Shown: positions 19,485 to 27,787 of the stretch, one piece after another
How the letters are laid out: each line of letters begins with the position of its first letter
Numbering within the stretch: the stretch's first letter is position 1
Assembly: GCA_963976005.1 (NCBI GenBank)
Contig: CAXBJF010000011.1
Span: forward strand, 11,276-75,275
Source of the DNA: an uncultured Flavobacteriales bacterium
GTDB lineage: Bacteria; Bacteroidota; Bacteroidia; Flavobacteriales; Flavobacteriaceae
Length of the DNA: 64,000 nt
Reading direction: 5' to 3'
The notes under the pieces: generated by a model
The model's database searches: none
Told to the model about the DNA's origin: nothing
What the model saw: only the letters and a program-made list of their open reading frames with translations
Translations under genes and position numbers: made by a program

Positions 19485-20259
19485 AATATTAAAATACAGT
19501 TTTTACGATTTAATGCGCAGCAGATGGAGTTACATTTACTTTGCGTTTTATTTACTGCTTGGTGTGGTATTATTGTTTTTAAACAATGATTTATCCAAAG
19601 CAGTCATCACGTTAATGAACGTTATTATTGTTTTAGTGCCTTTAATCGGCACCATTTTTGGCGTCATGTACTATTACAATTCCAAAGAATTTACAGAACT
19701 CTTGTTGGCACAGCCTTTAAAACGCTCTTCCATATTTTTAGGACAATATTTAGGAGTTGCCATATCGTTGTCCATGAGTTTAATTTTAGGTTTAGGTATC
19801 CCATTTATATTTTATGGCTTATTTAAAAGTAATGCGATTTGGGATTTTTCATTGCTACTAACAACCGGAACATTTCTTACCTTTATTTTTACTGCATTAG
19901 CATTCAATATTGCTTTATCCAATGAAAATAAAATTAAAGGCTTTGGTTATGCCATTTTGTTATGGTTGTTTTTAGCCATTATTTACGACGGTATTTTTTT
20001 AATGTCGTTAATCCTTTTTGAAGATTATCCTTTAGATAAATTATCACTGGTTGGCACTATGTTAAATCCTATAGACTTGTCAAGAACACTCATCTTACTT
20101 AAATTAGACATATCTGCTTTATTAGGTTATACCGGAGCCGTTTTTAAACAATTCTTCGGAACCAATTTTGGCCTAATTATTTCCTTCTTTATGTTAATCT
20201 TATGGGTGGTTTTTCCAGTTTTAAGGATTTCTTATAAATCAAAAAGAAAAGACTTTTGA
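19477..20259 (+). CDS. nosY: ABC permease NosY
   Basis: 6-TM protein with 'ELLLAQPLKR' and 'NPID'; overlaps the nosF end. Confidence 0.9.
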   Translation: MLKILKYSFYDLMRSRWSYIYFAFYLLLGVVLLFLNNDLSKAVITLMNVIIVLVPLIGTIFGVMYYYNSKEFTELLLAQPLKRSSIFLGQYLGVAISLSMSLILGLGIPFIFYGLFKSNAIWDFSLLLTTGTFLTFIFTALAFNIALSNENKIKGFGYAILLWLFLAIIYDGIFLMSLILFEDYPLDKLSLVGTMLNPIDLSRTLILLKLDISALLGYTGAVFKQFFGTNFGLIISFFMLILWVVFPVLRISYKSKRKDF

Positions 20260-20284
20260 TTTCTATTTCATGATTAAGTTATTT

Positions 20285-20449
20285 TAACGTGAATAATGTT
20301 TAAGTGTTATGATGACACTTTGATTTAAATTCTGGAAGAATTTAGTGTCGAGAAGTCTTTTATGGTAAGTAATTTACTTGTTTTCGATACACCAAATCAC
20401 AGATTTGGCACTCTAACTGACATAAATTCCTTATCCATTATTCACGTTA
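20285..20449. repeat. MITE/REP-like element (family C) between nosY and the nirK promoter
   Basis: Perfect 14-bp TIR TAACGTGAATAATG / CATTATTCACGTTA with internal hairpins (AAGTGTTA/TGACACTT; CCAAATC/GATTTGG). Confidence 0.65.
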
Positions 20450-20462
20450 TTTTAAATAAAAC

Positions 20463-20506
20463 CTGATAAAAGTCATATTTTAAAATAATCTTAACCATTA
20501 TTTTTG
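20463..20506 (+). promoter_or_regulatory. nirK operon promoter: FNR-like box plus -7 element
   Basis: CTGAT-AAAA-GTCAT (20463-76), 22 nt, TATTTTTG (20499-506); same geometry as the nos promoter. Confidence 0.7.
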
Positions 20507-20519
20507 GTTCCTATAAAAA

Positions 20520-20533
20520 GGACATAAATGTCT
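20520..20533. promoter_or_regulatory. Candidate Rrf2 operator, copy 2 (just downstream of the nirK -7 element)
   Basis: GGACA-TAAA-TGTCT within AAAGGACATAAATGTCTTTT. Confidence 0.6.
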
Positions 20534-20587
20534 TTTTTATAATTCAATACATAAATCAAACCATGAAGCTAACTAAAACAATAACAA

Positions 20588-22039
20588 ATGAAACAATTTA
20601 AATTATCCCAGGTTATTTTAGCCTCTTTTGTGCTATTAATAACGTCATGTATTAACAATAAAGAAAAGGTATATGAAAATTCGGCCGACATTCCTGTAAG
20701 CAGGGAAATGACAGCAGAATTAACATCCCCGCCAAATGTTCCAACACCTGTTGGGAGAAGAAAAGCAAAAAAACTAATGGTCAGTATGGAAATTCTAGAA
20801 AAAGAAGGCACCATGACTGATGGAACAACATACAACTATTGGACTTTTGGCGGTTCTGTTCCTGGAAGTTTTATCCGTACAAGAGTTGGTGATGAAGTAG
20901 AATTTACGCTATCAAATCATCCAGACAATAAATTACCTCATAATATTGATTTACATGCGGTAACAGGTCCAGGTGGTGGAGCTACTTCTTCATTTGTAGC
21001 CCCAGGGCATAGTAAAACATTCAGCTTTAAAACATTAAATCCAGGCATATACGTTTACCATTGTGCTACTGCACCTGTTGGAATGCACATTGCAAATGGG
21101 ATGTATGGTTTGATTTTGGTTGAACCAGAAGGTGGTTTACCTCCTGTTGACAAAGAATATTACATTATGCAGGGTGATTTTTACACTAAAGGTAAAACTG
21201 GAGACCCGGGCTTACAAGCCTTTGATATGCAGAAAGCGGTTGATGAAAAACCAGACTATGTGGTTTTTAATGGAAAAATGGGCTCACTAACTGGTGATAA
21301 TGCTCTCACCGCCAATGTTGGAGAAACTATAAGATTATTTGTAGGAAACGGAGGCCCTAATTTAGTATCCTCTTTCCATGTTATTGGCGAAATTTTTGAT
21401 AAAGTCCATGTTGAAGGAGGTTCAACCATTAATGAAAATGTACAAACTACATTAATTCCTGCTGGAGGAGCAGCTATTGTTGAGTTTAGGGTAGATGTTC
21501 CCGGTACATTTATTTTAGTGGATCATTCTATTTTTAGAGCCTTTAACAAAGGAGCTTTAGGGATGCTAAAAGTTTCTGGCGAAGAGAATAAAACCATTTA
21601 TGCAGGGGTTGTTCAAGAAGGCATTTATCATCCAGAAGGAGGAACCATTCAAACCATGCCAAATAACGGAAAAGCTAACGTTGAAGAATCAACATCTGAG
21701 AAAAGTTTAGCTGAAAAAATGGAATCCGGAAAGAAAATTTTTATGCAAACCTGCTTTGCGTGTCATCAAGCTGAAGGCCAAGGAATACCAAATGCCTTTC
21801 CACCATTAGCAAAATCAGATTATCTAAATGCCGACGTAAATCGTGCTATTGGTATTGTACTAAAAGGTAAAACAGGTGAAATTACTGTAAATGGCGCAAA
21901 ATACAATAGTGTTATGACCGCACAGTCTATAAGCAACTCTGAAATTGCCGATGTGTTGACTTATGTATATAATTCCTGGGGAAATAACAAAACCAATGTA
22001 ACTACATCTCAGGTAGATAAAGTTAGGAGTGGTAAATAA
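20588..22039 (+). CDS. nirK: Copper nitrite reductase with C-terminal cytochrome c; lipoprotein
   Basis: HNIDLH, YHC...MH...GM, SSFHVIG and VDH copper/catalytic motifs; CFACH heme motif; lipobox ITSC. Confidence 0.96.
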   Translation: MKQFKLSQVILASFVLLITSCINNKEKVYENSADIPVSREMTAELTSPPNVPTPVGRRKAKKLMVSMEILEKEGTMTDGTTYNYWTFGGSVPGSFIRTRVGDEVEFTLSNHPDNKLPHNIDLHAVTGPGGGATSSFVAPGHSKTFSFKTLNPGIYVYHCATAPVGMHIANGMYGLILVEPEGGLPPVDKEYYIMQGDFYTKGKTGDPGLQAFDMQKAVDEKPDYVVFNGKMGSLTGDNALTANVGETIRLFVGNGGPNLVSSFHVIGEIFDKVHVEGGSTINENVQTTLIPAGGAAIVEFRVDVPGTFILVDHSIFRAFNKGALGMLKVSGEENKTIYAGVVQEGIYHPEGGTIQTMPNNGKANVEESTSEKSLAEKMESGKKIFMQTCFACHQAEGQGIPNAFPPLAKSDYLNADVNRAIGIVLKGKTGEITVNGAKYNSVMTAQSISNSEIADVLTYVYNSWGNNKTNVTTSQVDKVRSGK

Positions 22040-22053
22040 TCAACGGAACTAAA

Positions 22054-22824
22054 ATGGGACTTATTTTAAGGTTGACAATTTGTATAATAATACTTAATGT
22101 AAGTTTTGCATTTTGTCAATCTAAAATGGTTTCTATTAAAGGTGGTTCATACATACCCCTTTATGGTAGAGATTCATTAAAAGTAACCATATCAGATTTT
22201 GAAATGGATGTGTATCCAGTAACAAACCAAGAGTTTTTAGAATTTGTTAAACAACATCCTACATGGCAACGTTCACAAATAAAAAAACTGTTTGCAGATA
22301 ATAGCTACTTAATTAATTGGAAATCGGATACAGAATTAAATGATTCCCAACTTTTAAAAGCACCTATAACAAATATATCTTGGTTTGTAGCCAAAGATTA
22401 CTGTGAATGTCAAGGTAAGCGTTTGCCAACTATTGATGAATGGGAATATGTAGCAATGGCAAACAAAACAGTAGCTGATGCCCGAAAACTAGAATCTTAT
22501 AACAAATTTATTTTAGGATGGTATGAAAAACCTAAAACATTTAATAATGAGATAGGGTCAACCTTCAAAAATTATTGGCATGTATATGATTTACATGGCT
22601 TGGTTTGGGAATGGACTTTAGATTTTAATTCCGTTTTATTGTCTGGAGAATCTAGGAAAGATGTAGATAAAGACACTGATTTATTCTGCGGAAGTGCTGC
22701 GATTGGGGCTACAGATTTAATGAATTATGCGGCATTTATGCGTTATGCCATTCGAGGAAGTTTAAAAGCAAAATATTCAATGAAAAACCTTGGTTTTAGA
22801 TGTGTTAAAGATATTATCAATTAA
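22054..22824 (+). CDS. FGE-sulfatase domain (NirV-like) protein
   Basis: 'PVT.QEF', 'KRLPTIDEWEY', 'DLHGLVWEW' and 'GFRC' motifs; directly after nirK. Confidence 0.85.
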   Translation: MGLILRLTICIIILNVSFAFCQSKMVSIKGGSYIPLYGRDSLKVTISDFEMDVYPVTNQEFLEFVKQHPTWQRSQIKKLFADNSYLINWKSDTELNDSQLLKAPITNISWFVAKDYCECQGKRLPTIDEWEYVAMANKTVADARKLESYNKFILGWYEKPKTFNNEIGSTFKNYWHVYDLHGLVWEWTLDFNSVLLSGESRKDVDKDTDLFCGSAAIGATDLMNYAAFMRYAIRGSLKAKYSMKNLGFRCVKDIIN

Positions 22825-22828
22825 AAAA

Positions 22829-23563
22829 ATGAATAAAGTGAAATCGATTTTAATAGTATTGCTATGCTTTGTAGCATTGACGTCATGTAAAAACGACAAA
22901 TCAAACTCGGCTATCACTGAACAGGTTGTTTATCAATGCCCTATGAAATGCGAAGGCAAAAAAACCTATAACCATTCAGGAAATTGTCCTGTTTGTAATA
23001 TGGATTTAAAACGTATTGATGAACAATCTTCAAAAGTTATTGATACCAATACTATTTCTGAAGAATCTATTTTCAACTTAACATCAAAATGGAACACAGA
23101 AGAAGGTGAAACCATTCAGCTTTCAGAATTAAAAGGAAAAACCTTAGTAATGGTTATGATTTACACTTCATGCAGATCTGCCTGCCCACGGTTAGTGGCC
23201 GATATGAGAAACATTGAATCTCAAATTCCTAAAAGCAACCTTGAAAATATTCGTTTTGTGTTAATAAGCATTGATCCAAAAACAGATACACCAAAACGCC
23301 TAAAGGAATTCGCCATAGAAAATCAAATGGATGGCAAACAATGGACCTTTTTACAAGGTACGGAAAGTAGTGTGCGCGAATTTGCCAATGTACTAGCCGT
23401 AAAATACAAACAAATTTCCCCTATGGATTTTTCACATTCAAACATGATAAGTGTGTTTAATTCAAAAGGCGAATTAATACATCAACAAGAAGGTTTAGGA
23501 GTAGATCATAAAGAAACCGTTAAAACAATCTTTGAATTATCAAATAATTGGAATATTAATTAA
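22829..23563 (+). CDS. SCO/SenC copper chaperone lipoprotein with an N-terminal Cys-rich metal-binding domain
   Basis: Lipobox LTSC; 'YQCPMKC...CPVCNMDL'; SCO motif 'YTSCRSACP' and 'FSHS'. Confidence 0.88.
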   Translation: MNKVKSILIVLLCFVALTSCKNDKSNSAITEQVVYQCPMKCEGKKTYNHSGNCPVCNMDLKRIDEQSSKVIDTNTISEESIFNLTSKWNTEEGETIQLSELKGKTLVMVMIYTSCRSACPRLVADMRNIESQIPKSNLENIRFVLISIDPKTDTPKRLKEFAIENQMDGKQWTFLQGTESSVREFANVLAVKYKQISPMDFSHSNMISVFNSKGELIHQQEGLGVDHKETVKTIFELSNNWNIN

Positions 23564-23575
23564 AACTAAATAAAT

Positions 23576-24010
23576 ATGTTATCAAAAAAACAAGCACGTG
23601 CCTTTTTCCTTGGCGGAACGCTAGTTACATTTCTCGTATTTATTGGACTTACCATTTACTCATTTAGTAAAGCACAAGACCAATCAAATGATGACGAAAT
23701 AACGGAAGCTGTTGTAAGGGGAAAGAAAATTTGGGAAGCTAACAATTGTATGGGTTGTCATACACTTTTAGGCGAAGGAGGTTATTACGCTCCAGAATTA
23801 ACTAAAGTAATTGACCGAAGAGGGGAAGGTTACGTTAAAGCCGTATTAATGACCCCGATATCTTGGGAGCCTAACGGAAGGAAAATGGTGGCCTATGGTT
23901 TCTCGAAAGAAGAAGCCGAAGATTTGATTGCCTTTTTCGATTGGATAGGTCATATTGATTTAAATGGTTTTGACACCGTTGTATCACCATTAGCCAAAGA
24001 TAAAAACTAA
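23576..24010 (+). CDS. norC: Nitric oxide reductase cytochrome c subunit
   Basis: N-terminal TM, 'CMGCH..LGEGGYYAPELT'; directly before norB. Confidence 0.92.
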   Translation: MLSKKQARAFFLGGTLVTFLVFIGLTIYSFSKAQDQSNDDEITEAVVRGKKIWEANNCMGCHTLLGEGGYYAPELTKVIDRRGEGYVKAVLMTPISWEPNGRKMVAYGFSKEEAEDLIAFFDWIGHIDLNGFDTVVSPLAKDKN

Positions 24011-24022
24011 AAAATAAAACAA

Positions 24023-25366
24023 ATGAAATATAAATCACAAAAAGTAGCGTACTGGTTTTTTGCCCTTTCCATGTTGTTGTTCGGGCTACAATTGGTCTAT
24101 GGGTTCATCATGGGATTTGCTCATGCAGGTTTTGATGGGTTGCATGAAATTATTCCTTTTAATACGGCAAAAGCAGTACACCTCAACCTTTTGGTTGTTT
24201 GGCTATTGTCGGGTTTTATGGGTGCAGCATATTATATTATTCCTGAAGAAGCACAACGCGAATTGGTAAACGTAAAACTCGCTTATGTGCAATTGATTAG
24301 TTTAGCCTTAGTTGGTGTTATAGCCATTGTAGGTTTTCACTTTAATATTTGGGAAGGACGAAAATTTTTAGAAATCCCACGAGGACTTGATTATTTGGTT
24401 GTTGCCAACGTACTTCTGTTTTTGGGCTTAATTTTATTAACTTTATATAAAGGAAAACGTAGAACCACTACGGCATTAGTGCTTTCCATGGGGCTTTTAT
24501 TTGCAGCCTTATTGTATTTACCGGGGATGCTTCCGTTTGACAGTCAGGTAAAAGATTCCTTTTTTAGATGGTGGGTTGTTCATTTATGGGTAGAAGGTGT
24601 TTGGGAATTAATCATGGGAGGTATTCTGTCTTTCTTATTGATAAAACTTACAGGTGTTGACAGGGAAGTTATTGAAAAATGGCTGTATGTTATTGTTGGG
24701 TTAACTTTCTTATCTGGTGTGTTAGGTACAGGCCACCATTACTATTATATTGGTGTTAATAAAATTTGGCTGATTGTTGGCGGCATTTTCTCTGCTCTTG
24801 AGCCTTTGGCCTTTTTGGCAATGGCATTATTTGCTGTTAATATGTACAGAAAAGGAGAAAAGAAACACCCCAACAAATTGGCTTTATACTGGACACTTGG
24901 CGCTGCCATCGTCTCTTTTATAGGGGCGGGATTATTGGGATTTGCACACACATTACCACAAACCAATATTTATACCCACGGCACTTTAGTTACCGCCATG
25001 CATGGTCACCTTGCATTTTGGGGCGCTTATGCCATGATAGTTTTAGCCATCATTAGCTATAGCTTGCCCAATATGACAGGCAGAAAATTATATGAAAGCA
25101 CCAGAGGTCTAGCTGCTTTCTGGCTATCCAATATTGGCATGATAGGTATGACCGTGGCTTTTGGGGTTGCTGGAGTTGCTCAAGTGTATTTAGAGCGCAA
25201 AATGAAAATGGAATTTATGGCAGTTCAAAAAGAAATTGAGGTTCATTTTTATGTATTGATTATTTGCGCAACCCTATTTGTTACTGGCATTATCCTATAC
25301 ATGATAGATTTTTATAAGCACGGTAAACCAACCGATGAAGCTTTGGAACCATCACCTAATAAGTAA
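24023..25366 (+). CDS. norB: Nitric oxide reductase catalytic subunit (cNOR)
   Basis: VHLN, VVHLWVEG, GHHYY, LEP and HGH ligand motifs; 447 aa with no qNOR N-terminal extension. Confidence 0.96.
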   Translation: MKYKSQKVAYWFFALSMLLFGLQLVYGFIMGFAHAGFDGLHEIIPFNTAKAVHLNLLVVWLLSGFMGAAYYIIPEEAQRELVNVKLAYVQLISLALVGVIAIVGFHFNIWEGRKFLEIPRGLDYLVVANVLLFLGLILLTLYKGKRRTTTALVLSMGLLFAALLYLPGMLPFDSQVKDSFFRWWVVHLWVEGVWELIMGGILSFLLIKLTGVDREVIEKWLYVIVGLTFLSGVLGTGHHYYYIGVNKIWLIVGGIFSALEPLAFLAMALFAVNMYRKGEKKHPNKLALYWTLGAAIVSFIGAGLLGFAHTLPQTNIYTHGTLVTAMHGHLAFWGAYAMIVLAIISYSLPNMTGRKLYESTRGLAAFWLSNIGMIGMTVAFGVAGVAQVYLERKMKMEFMAVQKEIEVHFYVLIICATLFVTGIILYMIDFYKHGKPTDEALEPSPNK

Positions 25367-25383
25367 AAATCCATCAAATAAAT

Positions 25384-25420
25384 AACCAAACCTATGGACT
25401 TCCAGTCCATAGGTTTGGTT
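25384..25420 (+). terminator. Long stem-loop after norB
   Basis: AACCAAACCTATGGACT-TCC-AGTCCATAGGTTTGGTT, perfect 17-bp stem. Confidence 0.75.
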
Positions 25421-25510
25421 TGGCAGACTGAAAGCCTGTTTCACTAAAGACTCGGTTGTTTTAACTATAATTGAGCAAATTTATACAAATTGATTAACCA
25501 ATATTCGTGT

Positions 25511-25597
25511 TCCGATAGCTATCGGGATCGTGGCTAAAAAGTTTTAGAAGTTAAAGCGAAATGCACTAAGTTACATACCTACCTGCCACCAGGCAGG
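25511..25597. repeat. Short palindromic repeat modules in the norB-porin spacer
   Basis: CCGATAGCTATCGG (25512-25, same core as at 7788) and CCTACCTG-CCAC-CAGGCAGG (25578-97). Confidence 0.55.
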
Positions 25598-25631
25598 GTT
25601 TTAAATAAATTTGAGACCAATAAAAATATTA

Positions 25632-26903
25632 ATGAAAAAATACTTAATTACCACTGTTCTAACATTTATAACAATATTTAACACCTATGCGCAACAATTT
25701 GACCTATCTGCGGAAATAAGACCGCGTTACGAAAACAGGCGTGGTTATGGGTCTTTAATTCCCACGGATACAGATGGTTCAAACTTTGTATCACAACGTA
25801 CCCGTTTAAATTTTGGTTTCAAAAACGATAAAATGCAACTAAAGGTTGTTACGCAAAACATAAGGGTCTGGGGAGATGTTAACACTTTAGCTATAGACGA
25901 TAAGGCTTCTGCTTTACACGAGGCTTGGGCTGAAGCCATTTTAACCAATAAAATATCATTGAAATTAGGCCGACAAGAAATTGTGTATGATGACCATAGG
26001 ATTTTTGGTGATGTTGATTGGACACAACAGGCACGAAGTCATGATGCTTTTCTGTTTAAATATGTACCAAACGAAAACCAGAAATTGGATATCGGGTTTG
26101 CTTTAAACTCAGATTCAGAGTCTAATATAGATAATCTGTACAGCAATGCCGCTGGTTACAAAACATTTCAATATGCATATTACCATGGTGATTTTAACAA
26201 ATTCGGATTGAGTTTCTTGTTTTTGAATACAGGCATTGAGTATTTAGAAAATATTGGGTTCAACAATGAATCACAAACCATAGATTATATGCAAACTATT
26301 GGACCCAGATTGACTTATAATTATGGTAAAATTAATGCCAATGCCGCAGCCTATTTTCAAACAGGTAAATCATTAAACACTAATGTTAGTGCTTCCTATT
26401 TTGCCGGCGACGTAGATTACAAAATAAGCAACCATTTTAATGCTGGTATTGGGATGGAGTATCTTTCTGGTAAAGATATGGATGACGTAGATACCGATAC
26501 AAAATCATTCGCACCACTGTTTGGAACAAACCACAAGTTTAATGGTTGGATGGATTATTTTTACGTAAATAATTATGCAAATAGTGTTGGTTTAAATGAT
26601 ATATATGCAACAGTAGCTTATGCCAAAGATAAGTTTTCAGCAAAAGTAATACCTCATTTCTTTTCGGCAGCTGCCAATGTATTTGATGGGACCACTAAAA
26701 TGGATAATTACCTAGGGACCGAAATAGATTTTACCATAGGTTATAAACTTGCCAAAGATATTGTCTTAAATGCAGGATATTCCAAAATGTACGCTACCAA
26801 TACCATGGAAATTTTAAAAGGAGGTGATAAAAATGAAAATAATTCATGGACTTGGGTGATGTTCACCTTTAAACCACATTTATTTTCTTATAAAGCAAAT
26901 TAA
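25632..26903 (+). CDS. Alginate-export (AlgE-like) family outer-membrane porin
   Basis: Signal peptide ending YA-Q; 'EIRPRYE.R.G', 'QRTRL', 'GRQEIVYDDHRIFG..DW.QQARSHDA', 'FGTNHKFNGWMDYF'. Confidence 0.8.
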   Translation: MKKYLITTVLTFITIFNTYAQQFDLSAEIRPRYENRRGYGSLIPTDTDGSNFVSQRTRLNFGFKNDKMQLKVVTQNIRVWGDVNTLAIDDKASALHEAWAEAILTNKISLKLGRQEIVYDDHRIFGDVDWTQQARSHDAFLFKYVPNENQKLDIGFALNSDSESNIDNLYSNAAGYKTFQYAYYHGDFNKFGLSFLFLNTGIEYLENIGFNNESQTIDYMQTIGPRLTYNYGKINANAAAYFQTGKSLNTNVSASYFAGDVDYKISNHFNAGIGMEYLSGKDMDDVDTDTKSFAPLFGTNHKFNGWMDYFYVNNYANSVGLNDIYATVAYAKDKFSAKVIPHFFSAAANVFDGTTKMDNYLGTEIDFTIGYKLAKDIVLNAGYSKMYATNTMEILKGGDKNENNSWTWVMFTFKPHLFSYKAN

Positions 26904-26936
26904 TTTATTATAAATACTGAAAGACAATTGTTTAAA

Positions 26937-27710
26937 ATGAAGGCACCATATTACCATGCTACTGATAAGGAAATAGATGTTTTTGAGCATGCCTATACCT
27001 GTAAAATACCATTTTTATTAAAGGGGCCTACGGGAACAGGAAAATCCCGTTTTATTGAGCATATGGCACATAAACTAAACACTAAATTAATCACCATTTC
27101 TTGTCATGAAGAAACCTCTTCAACAGATTTAATAGGACGGTTTATTATTAAAGGTGCTGAAACGGTTTGGTTGGATGGCCCATTGACAACAGCAGTTAAA
27201 AATGGGTATATATTGTATTTAGATGAGATAGCCGAAGCACGACCAGATGTTATCGTAGCCATCCATTCATTAACAGACCATAGACGTGAATTGTTTATAG
27301 ATAAGTTAGGTGAAACCATTAAAGCACATGAAAATTTTATGTTGGTTGCTTCATTTAACCCTGGATATCAACGCGGATTTAAGGAGTTAAAACCTTCAAC
27401 CAGACAACGATTTGTTGCCCTGTCATTTGCATATCCTGAACCAAAAATAGAAGCAGAAATATTAACTTCAGAAACAAAAATTGAACTTGATATCGCTAAA
27501 AAACTAGTAAACATTGCCACAAAAATCAGAAACTTAACCGAACTTGGGTTAACCGAAACCGTTTCAACCCGATTATTGGTAGATGCCGCTAAATTAATTC
27601 ATACAGGCTTACCTAAACGCCTTGCGGTACACGTTGCTGTTATTGAACCTTTAACAGATGATCTGGAAGTGATTCAGGCACTGAAGGATTTAAGCGATTT
27701 AATGATATGA
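26937..27710 (+). CDS. norQ: CbbQ/NirQ/NorQ AAA+ ATPase
   Basis: 'LKGPTGTGKSRF', 'DLIGR', 'LDEI.EAR', 'NPGYQ...LKPSTRQRF'. Confidence 0.93.
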   Translation: MKAPYYHATDKEIDVFEHAYTCKIPFLLKGPTGTGKSRFIEHMAHKLNTKLITISCHEETSSTDLIGRFIIKGAETVWLDGPLTTAVKNGYILYLDEIAEARPDVIVAIHSLTDHRRELFIDKLGETIKAHENFMLVASFNPGYQRGFKELKPSTRQRFVALSFAYPEPKIEAEILTSETKIELDIAKKLVNIATKIRNLTELGLTETVSTRLLVDAAKLIHTGLPKRLAVHVAVIEPLTDDLEVIQALKDLSDLMI

Positions 27711-27714
27711 AAAT

Positions 27715-27779
27715 CAGTTTCCAGTCTCAGTCACAGTTTTCAGTAATGCAAACTGCGACTGAGACTGCGACTGAAAACT
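27715..27779. repeat. Hexamer-periodic inverted repeat (family D) filling the norQ-norD gap
   Basis: CAGTCTCAGTCACAGTTT facing AAACTGCGACTGAGACTG (17/18 complementary), with extra CAGT/ACTG units. Confidence 0.7.
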
Positions 27780-27787
27780 AAAAAAAG

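Noticed and set aside
20406-20420. Sigma-54 promoter for nirK (TGGCAC; rpoN is in the window)
   Set aside because: The -12 position reads CTGA rather than TTGC, the site lies inside a repeat hairpin, and a sigma-70-type -7 element explains the promoter.
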